A stretch of 55,277 nt of DNA from contig JBITAJ010000019.1 in NCBI GenBank assembly GCA_044440125.1, positions 1 through 55,277 on the forward strand, given 5' to 3'. The notes beneath the pieces were generated by a model. It was not told where the DNA came from. It ran no database searches and was given only the letters and a program-made list of their open reading frames with translations. Position 1 is the stretch's first letter; each line of letters begins with the position of its first letter. The translations under genes were made by a program, and so were the position numbers. Positions 19,808-29,474 of the stretch are shown here, in pieces. Origin of the DNA: Sedimentisphaeraceae bacterium JB056. GTDB lineage: Bacteria; Planctomycetota; Phycisphaerae; Sedimentisphaerales; Sedimentisphaeraceae.

Positions 19808-21892
19808 ATGGAGAGGTGCAAATTCTTAACGGTTTTAATGGTGTTAAGTCTATTAACAAGAGTTTTTGCTTTTTGTGGAGGGGATGGTTCGGAAAGTAAT
19901 CCTTACCAAATATCAACCAAAGCAGACCTTGAGGCGGTCAACAATGACTTGCAGGCTCATTATATACTTTTAAATGATATTGACCTTGCTGGGCACGTAT
20001 ATTATGCCGCAATTATTGCTCCTCATAGTGGAGTCTATGTCGATTTTGTTGATGAAAAGTTTACCGGCGATTTTGATGGTGCTGGTTTTTCAGTCAGAAA
20101 TTTAATTATTGCTGAAAATGATTTAGTTAATCACGATACATTTAAGGCTTTGTTTGGGTATGTATGCGGCGGTAAAATCAGCAATCTTGGTATTGAAAGC
20201 GCTAATGTTAGTGGTGAAGGTGATCTTGCTGGTTTAGTGGGGTTTAGTGAATCTGCCGAGCTGAAAAACTGCTATTCTATTTGTAATGTTAATGGAAGCG
20301 GTTCTACCGCGGGTGGATTGATAGGTTATGCAAGGGATGGTAGCATTATTTCAGGTTGTTATGCAACCGGAGCAGTCAATGCTACCTCTTATGTAGGTGG
20401 TTTGGTTGGGGGGCAAGGGTCTCCTGGTGTAATAGAAAACTGTTACGCTAATTGTGATGTTGCCGGCAGTAGTGATTATGTTGGAGGTTTAGTAGGTTAC
20501 AATTATTTTAGCAGTATTATTAATTGTTACTCTAACAGCATCGTTACTGGAGGCAGTGACTTTGTAGGTGGTTTGGTGGGAATTGATTATTACGGTACTG
20601 TTATAAATTGCTTTTGGGATATCGAAACTTCTGGAATTACATCAAGTGATAGAGGTGAACCCAAAACATTTGACCAGATGCAAATGGCTGCAACATTTAT
20701 AGGTTGGAACGATGGCAGCTGGACTATAAATGAAGGGAATGATTATCCACGGTTGAATTGGGAAAAAAGACAGGGGATAACTATTGAGACATCTTATCCA
20801 GTTGCGACATACACCGGTTTGGGTACAGAACTGCATCCATTTCAGCTTTCAAACGAGGATGATATACTATCATTTAGTAAGAGATCATGTGATTGGGATA
20901 AATATTTTAAGTTGATAAACAATATTGACATGCAGGGTGTAGTTTATATTCCTCCATCAAATTTTAAAGGTGGTATCAATGGTAATGGATACGGTGTATA
21001 TAATCTGATAATTGATTCAGAAACAGTGGGTGAGAATTTGCTGCTTGGCTTTATAGGTCATTTATCTGAAGGAGGTTATATAAAAAATCTTGGTCTTGAA
21101 GATGCTTTGCTAAGTGGAGAATCCTATGTTGGCGGTTTAGTTGGAAAAAATGAAGGCTGTATAGAAAATTGCTATGTTATTGGAGATATTACTGGCTCCG
21201 AAAATTTTACGGGTGGATTGATAGGGCATAATAGTAGTAATATTTTAAATTCCTATGCTGCAGTTAATATTAGCGGTTGCCGAGATGCTGGCGGCTTGGT
21301 AGGACTCAACTATCGTGGTAGCAGCATAGCAAATTGTTACTCAACAGGAAGTGTTAGTGGAACATGGTCCAGTATCGGTGGTTTGGCGGGTTATAATTAT
21401 CATGGAAATATTATTAACAGTTATGCTGTTGCTCATGTCAGTGGAAAGTATAATTTTGCCGGTTTAGTAGGATATAACTATAGTGGCAGTATTTCAAATT
21501 GTTTCTGGGATGTTGAGTTTTCTGACCTGAATATAGGGTATAATCAGAGTTCGTCTGATCCAGGTATAATAACCAATGTTTTGGGGCTAACTACTGTTCA
21601 GATGAAAACTCAGAGTACCTTCACCAGTGCGGGCTGGGATACTATATATAATAATAACGATGGTCTGCTTGATATTTGGTATAATATAGATGGGGAGTTG
21701 CCCAGATTGTTTTGGCAATGGCAACCAAAAGGAGATATTAATTATGATAGTAGTATAGATACTGCTGATCTTGCTGTAATGATGTCTGAGTGGTTGGCGT
21801 CTGAGCAAATAGGTAAACGTTTATTGGCAGATGTGAACCTTGATGGCAGTATAACATTGGAAGATTTTGCGTTATTTGCTTTTAGGTTTTAA
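19808..21892 (+). CDS. Secreted GLUG-repeat protein with C-terminal dockerin-like pair
   Basis: Signal peptide; GDGSESNPYQI; many VGGLVG...I.NCY repeats in two blocks; tail GDINYDSSIDTADLAVMMSEWL...ADVNLDGSITLEDFALFA. Confidence 0.85.
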   Translation: MERCKFLTVLMVLSLLTRVFAFCGGDGSESNPYQISTKADLEAVNNDLQAHYILLNDIDLAGHVYYAAIIAPHSGVYVDFVDEKFTGDFDGAGFSVRNLIIAENDLVNHDTFKALFGYVCGGKISNLGIESANVSGEGDLAGLVGFSESAELKNCYSICNVNGSGSTAGGLIGYARDGSIISGCYATGAVNATSYVGGLVGGQGSPGVIENCYANCDVAGSSDYVGGLVGYNYFSSIINCYSNSIVTGGSDFVGGLVGIDYYGTVINCFWDIETSGITSSDRGEPKTFDQMQMAATFIGWNDGSWTINEGNDYPRLNWEKRQGITIETSYPVATYTGLGTELHPFQLSNEDDILSFSKRSCDWDKYFKLINNIDMQGVVYIPPSNFKGGINGNGYGVYNLIIDSETVGENLLLGFIGHLSEGGYIKNLGLEDALLSGESYVGGLVGKNEGCIENCYVIGDITGSENFTGGLIGHNSSNILNSYAAVNISGCRDAGGLVGLNYRGSSIANCYSTGSVSGTWSSIGGLAGYNYHGNIINSYAVAHVSGKYNFAGLVGYNYSGSISNCFWDVEFSDLNIGYNQSSSDPGIITNVLGLTTVQMKTQSTFTSAGWDTIYNNNDGLLDIWYNIDGELPRLFWQWQPKGDINYDSSIDTADLAVMMSEWLASEQIGKRLLADVNLDGSITLEDFALFAFRF

Positions 21893-21974
21893 TATCAAAT
21901 TCAAGAGTTAGAAATTTTTAATTATTTGGCTAATGTTGTAAGATTCCGAGAAATAATATTAGTCCTTACTTATT

Positions 21975-23090
21975 ATGAAATTTTATGAATTGAAGAAATT
22001 TGCGGTAACTGAAGAGAATACAAAAGGACGTATTTATCACGAGAAGCATCACAGCTATCGTGATGATTTCGACCGTGACCGTGACCGTGTTATCCATAGC
22101 GGCTCATTCAGGCGGCTTGAGGGTAAGACTCAGGTGTTCACTCCGGGTATAAATGATCATTATCGTACGCGTCTTACGCACAGCATTGAAGTTGCTCAGA
22201 TAGGCCGCACTATCGCTAAATGCCTTGGAGTCAATGAGGCTTTAACTGAAGCGATTTGTCTTGCACATGATCTTGGACACAGCCCGTTCGGGCACAGTGG
22301 GGAGAGTGCATTAAGTGATATCATGGCTCCTTACGGCGGGTTTGAGCATAATAAGCAGACTCTTCGTATTGTTGAGATGATAGAAGATCCTTATCCTGAT
22401 TTTGCCGGCTTGAACCTTCTTTATGAAACGAGGCTTGGTCTTGCACGTCATGAAAGCACATATGATAAGACAGAAGATGCAAGGTTTTCTGAGCCGGTAT
22501 GTTCAATAGAAGGTCAGATAGCAAGTGTAGCCGATCGTATAGCTTACAATTGTCACGATTTTGAGGATGGGCTTAGAAGCTTTTCCGATTCCAAGATCAA
22601 TATTCCTCAGTTGTGGTCGCTTGATATTGTCAAGGAGGCTTGGGACGCCGTTGGTGCAGATAAAATAGAAACTTCTTATATAAGGAACATAAGAGTTGCT
22701 AAGACAATAATAAACCACCTTGTTGCAGATGTTATAGAAACCAGTAAGGCGAATATCAAAGCAGCCAATGTGAAGACTCTTAATGATGTTTATTGTTGTG
22801 AAAATGTGGTCGCTCTTAGTAATCAGAAGGATAAGAGTCTTAGATATCTTGAAAAATTCCTTGAAGAAAAGATGTATAATTGCAAGGAGCTTTCAGAGAC
22901 AAGTCTTAAGGTTCGTCTCTGGCTGGGTCGGATAATGGAGTATTATATAAACGAGCCAGATAAGCTTCCGCGATATTACCGTGAGATGATTGAGTGCAAT
23001 GGACTTGAAAGAAGCGTATGCGATTATGTCTCTGGTATGACGGATCGGTTCGCAATTAAAATACTTAATGATATAGAGAAGTGCGGGTGA
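21975..23090 (+). CDS. dgt: dNTP (dGTP) triphosphohydrolase, HD family
   Basis: FDRDRDRVIHS.SFRRL.GKTQVF, RTRLTHSIEV, AHDLGH.PFGH.GE, DYVSGMTD.FA. Confidence 0.95.
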   Translation: MKFYELKKFAVTEENTKGRIYHEKHHSYRDDFDRDRDRVIHSGSFRRLEGKTQVFTPGINDHYRTRLTHSIEVAQIGRTIAKCLGVNEALTEAICLAHDLGHSPFGHSGESALSDIMAPYGGFEHNKQTLRIVEMIEDPYPDFAGLNLLYETRLGLARHESTYDKTEDARFSEPVCSIEGQIASVADRIAYNCHDFEDGLRSFSDSKINIPQLWSLDIVKEAWDAVGADKIETSYIRNIRVAKTIINHLVADVIETSKANIKAANVKTLNDVYCCENVVALSNQKDKSLRYLEKFLEEKMYNCKELSETSLKVRLWLGRIMEYYINEPDKLPRYYREMIECNGLERSVCDYVSGMTDRFAIKILNDIEKCG

Positions 23091-23152
23091 CCAGAATCGA
23101 ACTGGCACCTCAGGCTTGGGAAGCCGGCATTCTGCCATTAAACTACACCCGC
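23082..23152 (-). tRNA. tRNA-Gly (anticodon CCC), CCA not encoded
   Basis: Minus strand GCGGGTG TAGTTTAATGGCAGAATG CCGGC TTCCCAA GCCTG AGGT GCCAG TTCGATT CTGGT CACCCGC A folds as a cloverleaf; one mismatch in the anticodon stem. Confidence 0.93.
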
Positions 23153-23342
23153 ATGATATTCGGATTATACGCTAAAATAAGAGCTATGCAAGCAAAAAAA
23201 CATTGCTATATACGCTCAAAACTGTATATTAAAATTGTCTTGCTGTGTTATTGCTTTTGACATTGTTGGCTGAGCTTTAATCAGGAGACTCTCTGCTGAA
23301 ATGAGTTGATTGAATACTTCGATATTATGGGAGAAATCAAAA

Positions 23343-23759
23343 ATGTTAAGTTACCGTAAAGAATTATGGTTTGATATTAAGAAACGTCGCGAGTTTATAA
23401 ATATAACACCGGTTATAGAGGATTGCCTTGCTGAAAGTGGTATAACCGAAGGTTTGCTTCTTTGTAATGCTATGCATATAACTTCCAGTGTTTTTATAAA
23501 TGATGACGAGAGCGGGCTTCACAGTGATTTTGAAAAATGGCTTGAAAAGCTGGCTCCGGAAAAGCCATATTCTCAGTATGCACATAATGGCTTTGAGGAT
23601 AATGCAGATGCTCACCTTAAGCGAAGCGTGATGGGGCGTGAAGTTGTTGTTGCTGTTACTAATGGCAAGCTTGACTTTGGCCCGTGGGAACAGATATTTT
23701 ACGGTGAGTTTGATGGTAAGCGTCGTAAAAGAGTGTTGGTGAAGATAATAGGCGAATGA
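23343..23759 (+). CDS. YjbQ/UPF0047 family protein
   Basis: [47 protein letters not shown] before ATG 23343. Confidence 0.93.
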   Translation: MLSYRKELWFDIKKRREFINITPVIEDCLAESGITEGLLLCNAMHITSSVFINDDESGLHSDFEKWLEKLAPEKPYSQYAHNGFEDNADAHLKRSVMGREVVVAVTNGKLDFGPWEQIFYGEFDGKRRKRVLVKIIGE

Positions 23760-23795
23760 TTGCCCAAAGTTATTATTAAAGTGATTGTAGCTTTT

Positions 23796-25487
23796 TTACC
23801 AGCTTTTGCTTCTTATTATTGAAATAAGCAGCCATATCCCGAGTATTGCGGCACCAATATACCCCGATACGCCAAGTGTTTGGAGACTTACTAATCCCAG
23901 AACAGTGCCGTCTTGAGGCACAAGCATGCTCGAGCCTATAAGCAGGGCAGCAATGATGACGGCAAAGCTTATTCGGTTGGAGCTTTTGTCGAGAGTGTTG
24001 CTGAGTGTTTCAAGATGCTCGTGGTGCACTTTGACTTGTACATTACCCTTGCGGATCTTATTGAGTATAGAGTGTATATCTTCAGGCAGTTTTGATGCCA
24101 GATTTCGCATTTCAACTACCATTTTTCTTGTGTTCTTTGCAACATTGGAAGGCAGATAATCTTCTACACTGAATTTTTTAGCATATGGCTTGAGATATTC
24201 GAATAATCTGAAATCCTTGTCGAGATTGGCCGCAAAAGATTCTACGGTTGTCAGACTTTTCATCATAAGAGTAAAATCAGAAGGTGGGCTAACGTAGTAT
24301 TTACGCATTATCTCAAAACCTTGCATGATAATTTCACCAAACGGTATGTCTTTAAGCGGAAGCCCGTAATAAGAATCAAAAAGTATTTCAGTCTCACGTG
24401 TCAAATCGTTGACATCAGTCTTGTCATCAATCAATTCGGCATGCTGCAGTCCTCTTATCATCTGTGTAGCGTCACCGGTTACAATCGATACGACAATTTC
24501 TCTCAAAAGCCGTCTTTCCTGCGAACCGATTCGGCCTACCTGTCCGAAATCAATAGGAGCCAGAATATTGTCTTCCAGTACAAAGAAGTTTCCGGGATGA
24601 GGGTCTGTGTGAAAGAATCCATAGGTGAATACCTGACGTAAGACGAAATCAGCCCCTACCTTTGCCACTTCTTTGGGGTTAAGACCTGCCTTGCTGAGCG
24701 TCTGGGCATCACCGGGTCTCTTACCTTTGATATATTCCATGGCTATTATACTGTCGGTGCTGTATTCTTCTATTATTTCAGGTATATGGATTGTATTGTC
24801 ATTTTTGAAGTTTCTTATAAAACGCTGTTGATTTCGTCTTTCATTTGTAAAATCAACTTCCTTATTTACCGCTATAGTAAATTCATTTACAAGTCGCTTG
24901 GGATTTATCGTATCATCTTCTTTTGCGAAGTAATGTTGATACTTTACGGCCAAGTCAAGCAGGATTTCGGTTTCGGTCTTGACTCTTTCTACGATATTAG
25001 GACGTCTTACTTTAAGTACTATTTCCTGCCCGTCTTTTGTCTGTGCATAGTGCACTTGCCCGATACTGCCTGCCGCAATAGGTTCCTGTTCAAACTTTGC
25101 GAATATGTTTTCTGGGTAATCGCCAAGTTCATTCTTAATCTGCTCACGTATTATGTCATACTTCTCGGGTGGTACCTGATCCTGAAGCTTTTCCAGTTCA
25201 GATATGTATTCCGCGGGCAGAAGGTCTGGACGGGTGCTTAGAAGCTGGCCGAATTTTATAAAAGTGGGCCCAAGTTCTTCCAATACAAGCCGTACCCTCT
25301 GCGCGCGGCTAAGTGTCTTTTTGATCTTTTCGTTCTCGGTATATTGCTCGGAATTCTTTACGTCTTTATTTCGACTTGTCAGGTTTCCCAGTTCTTCGAA
25401 ACCGTGGCGCATCAGAACTGCAGCTATATGTTGAAAACGCTTAAGATGCTTGAATTTTCTTTTAAGATTGCCTGCCCATTTCAGCAA
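23796..25487 (-). CDS. UbiB/AarF (ABC1) family atypical kinase with C-terminal TM helices
   Basis: LEELGPTFIKFGQLLSTRPD, PIAAGSIGQVH, GFFHTDPHPGN, IDFG. Confidence 0.95.
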   Translation of the reverse strand: MLKWAGNLKRKFKHLKRFQHIAAVLMRHGFEELGNLTSRNKDVKNSEQYTENEKIKKTLSRAQRVRLVLEELGPTFIKFGQLLSTRPDLLPAEYISELEKLQDQVPPEKYDIIREQIKNELGDYPENIFAKFEQEPIAAGSIGQVHYAQTKDGQEIVLKVRRPNIVERVKTETEILLDLAVKYQHYFAKEDDTINPKRLVNEFTIAVNKEVDFTNERRNQQRFIRNFKNDNTIHIPEIIEEYSTDSIIAMEYIKGKRPGDAQTLSKAGLNPKEVAKVGADFVLRQVFTYGFFHTDPHPGNFFVLEDNILAPIDFGQVGRIGSQERRLLREIVVSIVTGDATQMIRGLQHAELIDDKTDVNDLTRETEILFDSYYGLPLKDIPFGEIIMQGFEIMRKYYVSPPSDFTLMMKSLTTVESFAANLDKDFRLFEYLKPYAKKFSVEDYLPSNVAKNTRKMVVEMRNLASKLPEDIHSILNKIRKGNVQVKVHHEHLETLSNTLDKSSNRISFAVIIAALLIGSSMLVPQDGTVLGLVSLQTLGVSGYIGAAILGIWLLISIIRSKSW

Positions 25488-25783
25488 TTATCATCTCCAC
25501 GTGCAAGCAACTGATCAAGTTTTGATTCTAATCTCTCAAGATCTTCCTTAGAAGCAAGCTGCATAGAATCGATAGTTTTTCTGACCTGCTGAGATACGAT
25601 CTTTTCAAGCTCCTCGCGGGTCTTCTCGGCAGAATCCATTACTTCTTTGATAAAGCCGCTTCGACTTTCTTTGGCATCACGGCCTTTATCTACATACTCA
25701 TCGAAGAGTTTACCGGCCTTTTCCTGTGTCATAGTAACAGCGCCAAGACCTGCAAGCATTATTTTGTCCAATGTCTCAAACAT
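25481..25783 (-). CDS. Phasin-like (PhaF/PhaI-type) small helical protein
   Basis: K.MLAGLGA..MT.EKA..LFDE.V.KG and LASKEDLERLE.KL pattern; overlaps the ubiB-like start. Confidence 0.8.
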   Translation of the reverse strand: MFETLDKIMLAGLGAVTMTQEKAGKLFDEYVDKGRDAKESRSGFIKEVMDSAEKTREELEKIVSQQVRKTIDSMQLASKEDLERLESKLDQLLARGDDNC

Positions 25784-25912
25784 AAAAACTCCCTTTTAAA
25801 TTAATGGTCAACTTAAATGATCCAATATCCTTGTTTCCTTTACTACTGATAATGATTATACATTGTTCTCGCTTTTTTTACAAGCTTCTTGTCTTTAGTG
25901 TAAAATCATTTT

Positions 25913-26389
25913 TTAATGCTTGTGGTCATGCTTGTCGTCAAAATATAATTTCCTAAAATTTTCAAGTTCTTCTTTTAACTGTTTTGTGATTTCCGTATCT
26001 GTGTTTTGCTTTGCCTTCATACTCAATACCTGCATTTTATGCAGCGAGACTAATTGGGCGACATATTCATTGTAGCCTTCTGAATCTTGTTCAACGGGCT
26101 TGACTCTCTGAGCCATGAAATAATATGTGATTATTTCGCTGAGCTGATCACTATGGTTATCTTTATTGTTTATCCATCTGACAAGTTGATTTTGGTTTCC
26201 ATCTTCTTCTGAGGATATTTCATTTATGGACTTGATCGATTTATCGATTGTTTCAATATGTTCGGATATCATATCGATTCTCATTTGATCGCCATATATT
26301 CCGCAAGGCACCTGGCAATGTGAAATTACGATAGTTGACAATATCAATACGATTGTAAGACTTAGTAGTACTCTTTTTGTGTTTTTCAT
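25913..26389 (-). CDS. sodN: Nickel superoxide dismutase precursor
   Basis: Ni-hook HCQVPCGIY after a 23-aa signal-like leader; NQLVRWINNKD.H, YF.AQR.KP. Confidence 0.93.
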   Translation of the reverse strand: MKNTKRVLLSLTIVLILSTIVISHCQVPCGIYGDQMRIDMISEHIETIDKSIKSINEISSEEDGNQNQLVRWINNKDNHSDQLSEIITYYFMAQRVKPVEQDSEGYNEYVAQLVSLHKMQVLSMKAKQNTDTEITKQLKEELENFRKLYFDDKHDHKH

Positions 26390-26649
26390 CTCTAATCTCC
26401 TTTGAATAAACCATTATTGTTCTTATTCAGATTATACAATATTAGAACATCATTTAAATAAGGAATTTCCTGAGATATACAGTTGTGGATATTTGTGGTC
26501 TATTATTCGGCTTCTGCTATGTTGTTATTCCTGTTTTGCCAAGACAAAAAAACTGATAATGATATATTGATACTATCTAATTTTGTGTCTTTTCGAGTGC
26601 TCTGTATTGTCAAGAGCAGTGTCTTAATTTTTTTTAAGGAGATATTGTA

Positions 26650-29157
26650 ATGCGAAAGATGTTGAATTTCAGGCTGATTTTGTTTGTTGCTGCTGTTTGT
26701 GTTCCTTTCAGTAATGCAACAACAAATCTTACAACTACAACAATAACGGATTCTGTTACCGGAAGGGTGATAAATGCCGTGGGGCTTTCAGGGATTAATA
26801 CGTGTCATTTGTATTTTACGGCACAAACCTGGGATGCTGATTCTGAGAAGCTTGTTGTTTGTGCCAATATGAATACCACTACGTGGCCGTGTGATTTTCT
26901 CGAATTTGATACTACTACGAATACTACGACATTCATTGATTCCTCAAATTACTATCACGGGGTTGTGTCGCCGACTAATAAGTTCTATTACACAAAAGGG
27001 GACGATGTATATTCTTTTGATATGGATACTCATCAGCAAACCTTGATATGCACACATCCGGATAACAAGGCCTTTTATGGTGTACCTTCGGTTTCGAACG
27101 ATGGAAGCGTTATGACCGTTTACTGGCGTGATTCGGAAAACAAGGTGAGAAACATATCCAAGATAGATACCTCTACAGGAACTCTTACAACCATAATAGA
27201 TTCAACTTATGTGAAATCTGCTTTTGATTCACCATACGACACAATAGATCATCCTATGGTAAATCCTGTGTATAAGGATCTTTTCTTCTATTGCAGAAAT
27301 GGTGATGCAGATGAAATACCGGATCGAATCTGGGTGTATGATGAAAATCTCGATCAGCACAAGAACACTTATGTTGAGCAGCTTCTTCCTGATGATTCGC
27401 CGGGTGAGGGTGTTGGACATGAGATGTGGGCTTACAATGGTTTGAAACTTTATTTTGTTAAATATTTTTATCCAGTAAGTCAGATAACTCCTACTGGGCT
27501 TATGTGGGTAGATAAATGGGACAGCAGTGAATATGATCTTATTAATGGTGATGAAGAATATCTCCATGCGGCAGTCAGTTCCGATGAACGATGGCTTGTT
27601 GCTGATACAAAGTACTGGACGGGTTCTGTTGAAAAGATGTCAGATATCTACCTGATAGATTTGAAGACGAAGAAGTCTAAGCTTCTTGCCAGAGTAAATA
27701 CCTGGACAAATCAGCCCGGACACGTTCATCCTTCATTTAGCCCTGATAATTCGAAAGTTACTTTTACTTTTGCTGATTCAAGCAATAATTTGTGGGTGGG
27801 ATATATTGATATCAGTGATATCACCGAGATAAAAGACAGAACAAACGCCAGGACTATACTTAAGCAATATCCTGACAACGATGGAATCGATTTTTATGAT
27901 ACATCTGATACCTCAGCAGAGGCTTACACAGAAACTGTAAATGCGGGCTCTATTGAATGCAGAAAGATATCAAGCAATAAGAAGATGTATTTTGATGTTG
28001 ATGATTATTATGTAGAAGAAGGCGATCAGACTGCCGATAATGATGTTGCGGTTGAGATAAAATACTATGATACAGGCAGCGATCAGCTTAGGTTCGAATA
28101 CAATTCAACTTCATCAAATTACCAGGCTTTGTATATTCAGAAGGCTAATTCCAATACTTGGAAAACGAAACTGTTCATGCTTGAAAATGCCGAATTCCAA
28201 AATGCTCAGAATTTAGGCAGCGATTTCAGGATCCACAATAATTTCGATGGTGATGAATACATCAGTGAAGTTCTTGTCCATAGGACCGCAGTCAGCTATG
28301 TTGATTCAACTACTGAAAATTATGGTCTATACATGTGTGAGACAACGGATACAAGCAATGAGGCATACACTTTGCCTACGACTATAGGCGGCAGAGAATG
28401 CAGAAAGATATACAGCAACAAAAAAATGTATTTCGAGGCCGATGATTTTTATGTGAACTCCTCAAATCGTAATGTTGTTGTATGCGTTACTTACTATGAC
28501 AGCGGCAGTGATCAGCTCAAACTTGAATACAACAGTACATCAAATAATTATCAGGCTGTTTCAATAACCAAGACAAATACCAATACATGGCTTTCAGCGT
28601 TCTTTCATATAAATGATGCAAAGTTTCAGGCTGCTCAGAATCAGGGCAATGATTTCAGGATTAATAATAATTTTGATGGTGATGAGTATATATGCAAGGT
28701 TAAGGTTTTTGCTCGTGAAGCTTATTCTGTTACTACTCAGAATATTGATAATGGTGGTTTGGTATGTTATTATACTTCCGATACAGGTCATGAGGCGTAT
28801 ACCTCTGTTACGACTGTTGGCGGTTTGGAGTGCAGGCAGATATCAAGCAACAAGAAGATGTATTTTAATGCGGATGATAATTATGTAACTCAAGCGGATC
28901 GAAATATAGCTTTAGTTATAAATTATTATGACAGCGGAACCGATCAGCTTAAAATTGAATACAATTCAACCTCATCAAATTATGATTCTAAATATATAAC
29001 CAAAACTAATACCGGTCAGTGGAAGAAGTCTGTAATCTTGATTGATGATGCTAAGTTCAGGAACTTGCAGAATTTCACAAATGATTTCAGAATCCACAAC
29101 AACTTTGATGGTGATGAATATATCCGTGAGGTTCGTATATGTCTAAATGGTGATTGA
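26650..29157 (+). CDS. Secreted oligogalacturonate-lyase-like (PL22-type) beta-propeller with three tandem C-terminal repeat domains
   Basis: Signal peptide; D.VTG......HLYFT...W, DHP.VNP, GHE.W and HVHPSFSPD motifs; three about 140-aa repeats (EAYT..ECR.I.SNKKMYF..DD..YYD.G.DQL..EYNS..DFRI.NNFDGDEYI). Confidence 0.7.
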   Translation: MRKMLNFRLILFVAAVCVPFSNATTNLTTTTITDSVTGRVINAVGLSGINTCHLYFTAQTWDADSEKLVVCANMNTTTWPCDFLEFDTTTNTTTFIDSSNYYHGVVSPTNKFYYTKGDDVYSFDMDTHQQTLICTHPDNKAFYGVPSVSNDGSVMTVYWRDSENKVRNISKIDTSTGTLTTIIDSTYVKSAFDSPYDTIDHPMVNPVYKDLFFYCRNGDADEIPDRIWVYDENLDQHKNTYVEQLLPDDSPGEGVGHEMWAYNGLKLYFVKYFYPVSQITPTGLMWVDKWDSSEYDLINGDEEYLHAAVSSDERWLVADTKYWTGSVEKMSDIYLIDLKTKKSKLLARVNTWTNQPGHVHPSFSPDNSKVTFTFADSSNNLWVGYIDISDITEIKDRTNARTILKQYPDNDGIDFYDTSDTSAEAYTETVNAGSIECRKISSNKKMYFDVDDYYVEEGDQTADNDVAVEIKYYDTGSDQLRFEYNSTSSNYQALYIQKANSNTWKTKLFMLENAEFQNAQNLGSDFRIHNNFDGDEYISEVLVHRTAVSYVDSTTENYGLYMCETTDTSNEAYTLPTTIGGRECRKIYSNKKMYFEADDFYVNSSNRNVVVCVTYYDSGSDQLKLEYNSTSNNYQAVSITKTNTNTWLSAFFHINDAKFQAAQNQGNDFRINNNFDGDEYICKVKVFAREAYSVTTQNIDNGGLVCYYTSDTGHEAYTSVTTVGGLECRQISSNKKMYFNADDNYVTQADRNIALVINYYDSGTDQLKIEYNSTSSNYDSKYITKTNTGQWKKSVILIDDAKFRNLQNFTNDFRIHNNFDGDEYIREVRICLNGD
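27880..29145 (+). repeat. Three diverged intragenic direct repeats of about 420-440 bp
   Basis: Recurring blocks such as AAGAAGATGTATTTT, GATCAGCT and GATGGTGATGA at about 27880, 28320 and 28750; boundaries approximate. Confidence 0.85.
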
Positions 29158-29474
29158 TCGATTTTGCAATTGTTGTTATATATTCTGGCATTATTGAAAT
29201 TCTCATACTATATCATATATTCCACAAGGAATCTGATAATGAAAATAGATAATTGCAACAGTAACAATACAGTAATACTGTTTTTTGTTAAAACATTTAA
29301 GGTCTTTTGGGGAGATTTTAAGTTTATTTTAGGAGATGAATGGCAAAAATCGCTTTATTAGTATTGCAAGGATGCTGTGTTATAGTTACGATATTTGCAC
29401 TATATTATGACAGTCCATAAGTATTAGATGGTTATATATGTTTATAAATATTTTGACTTAATAACAGGTATGTA

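Noticed and set aside
27880..29145. TR/VR pair or CRISPR-like array
   Set aside because: Repeats are in-frame protein domains; differences in the stretches I compared are not adenine-specific; there is no spacer structure.
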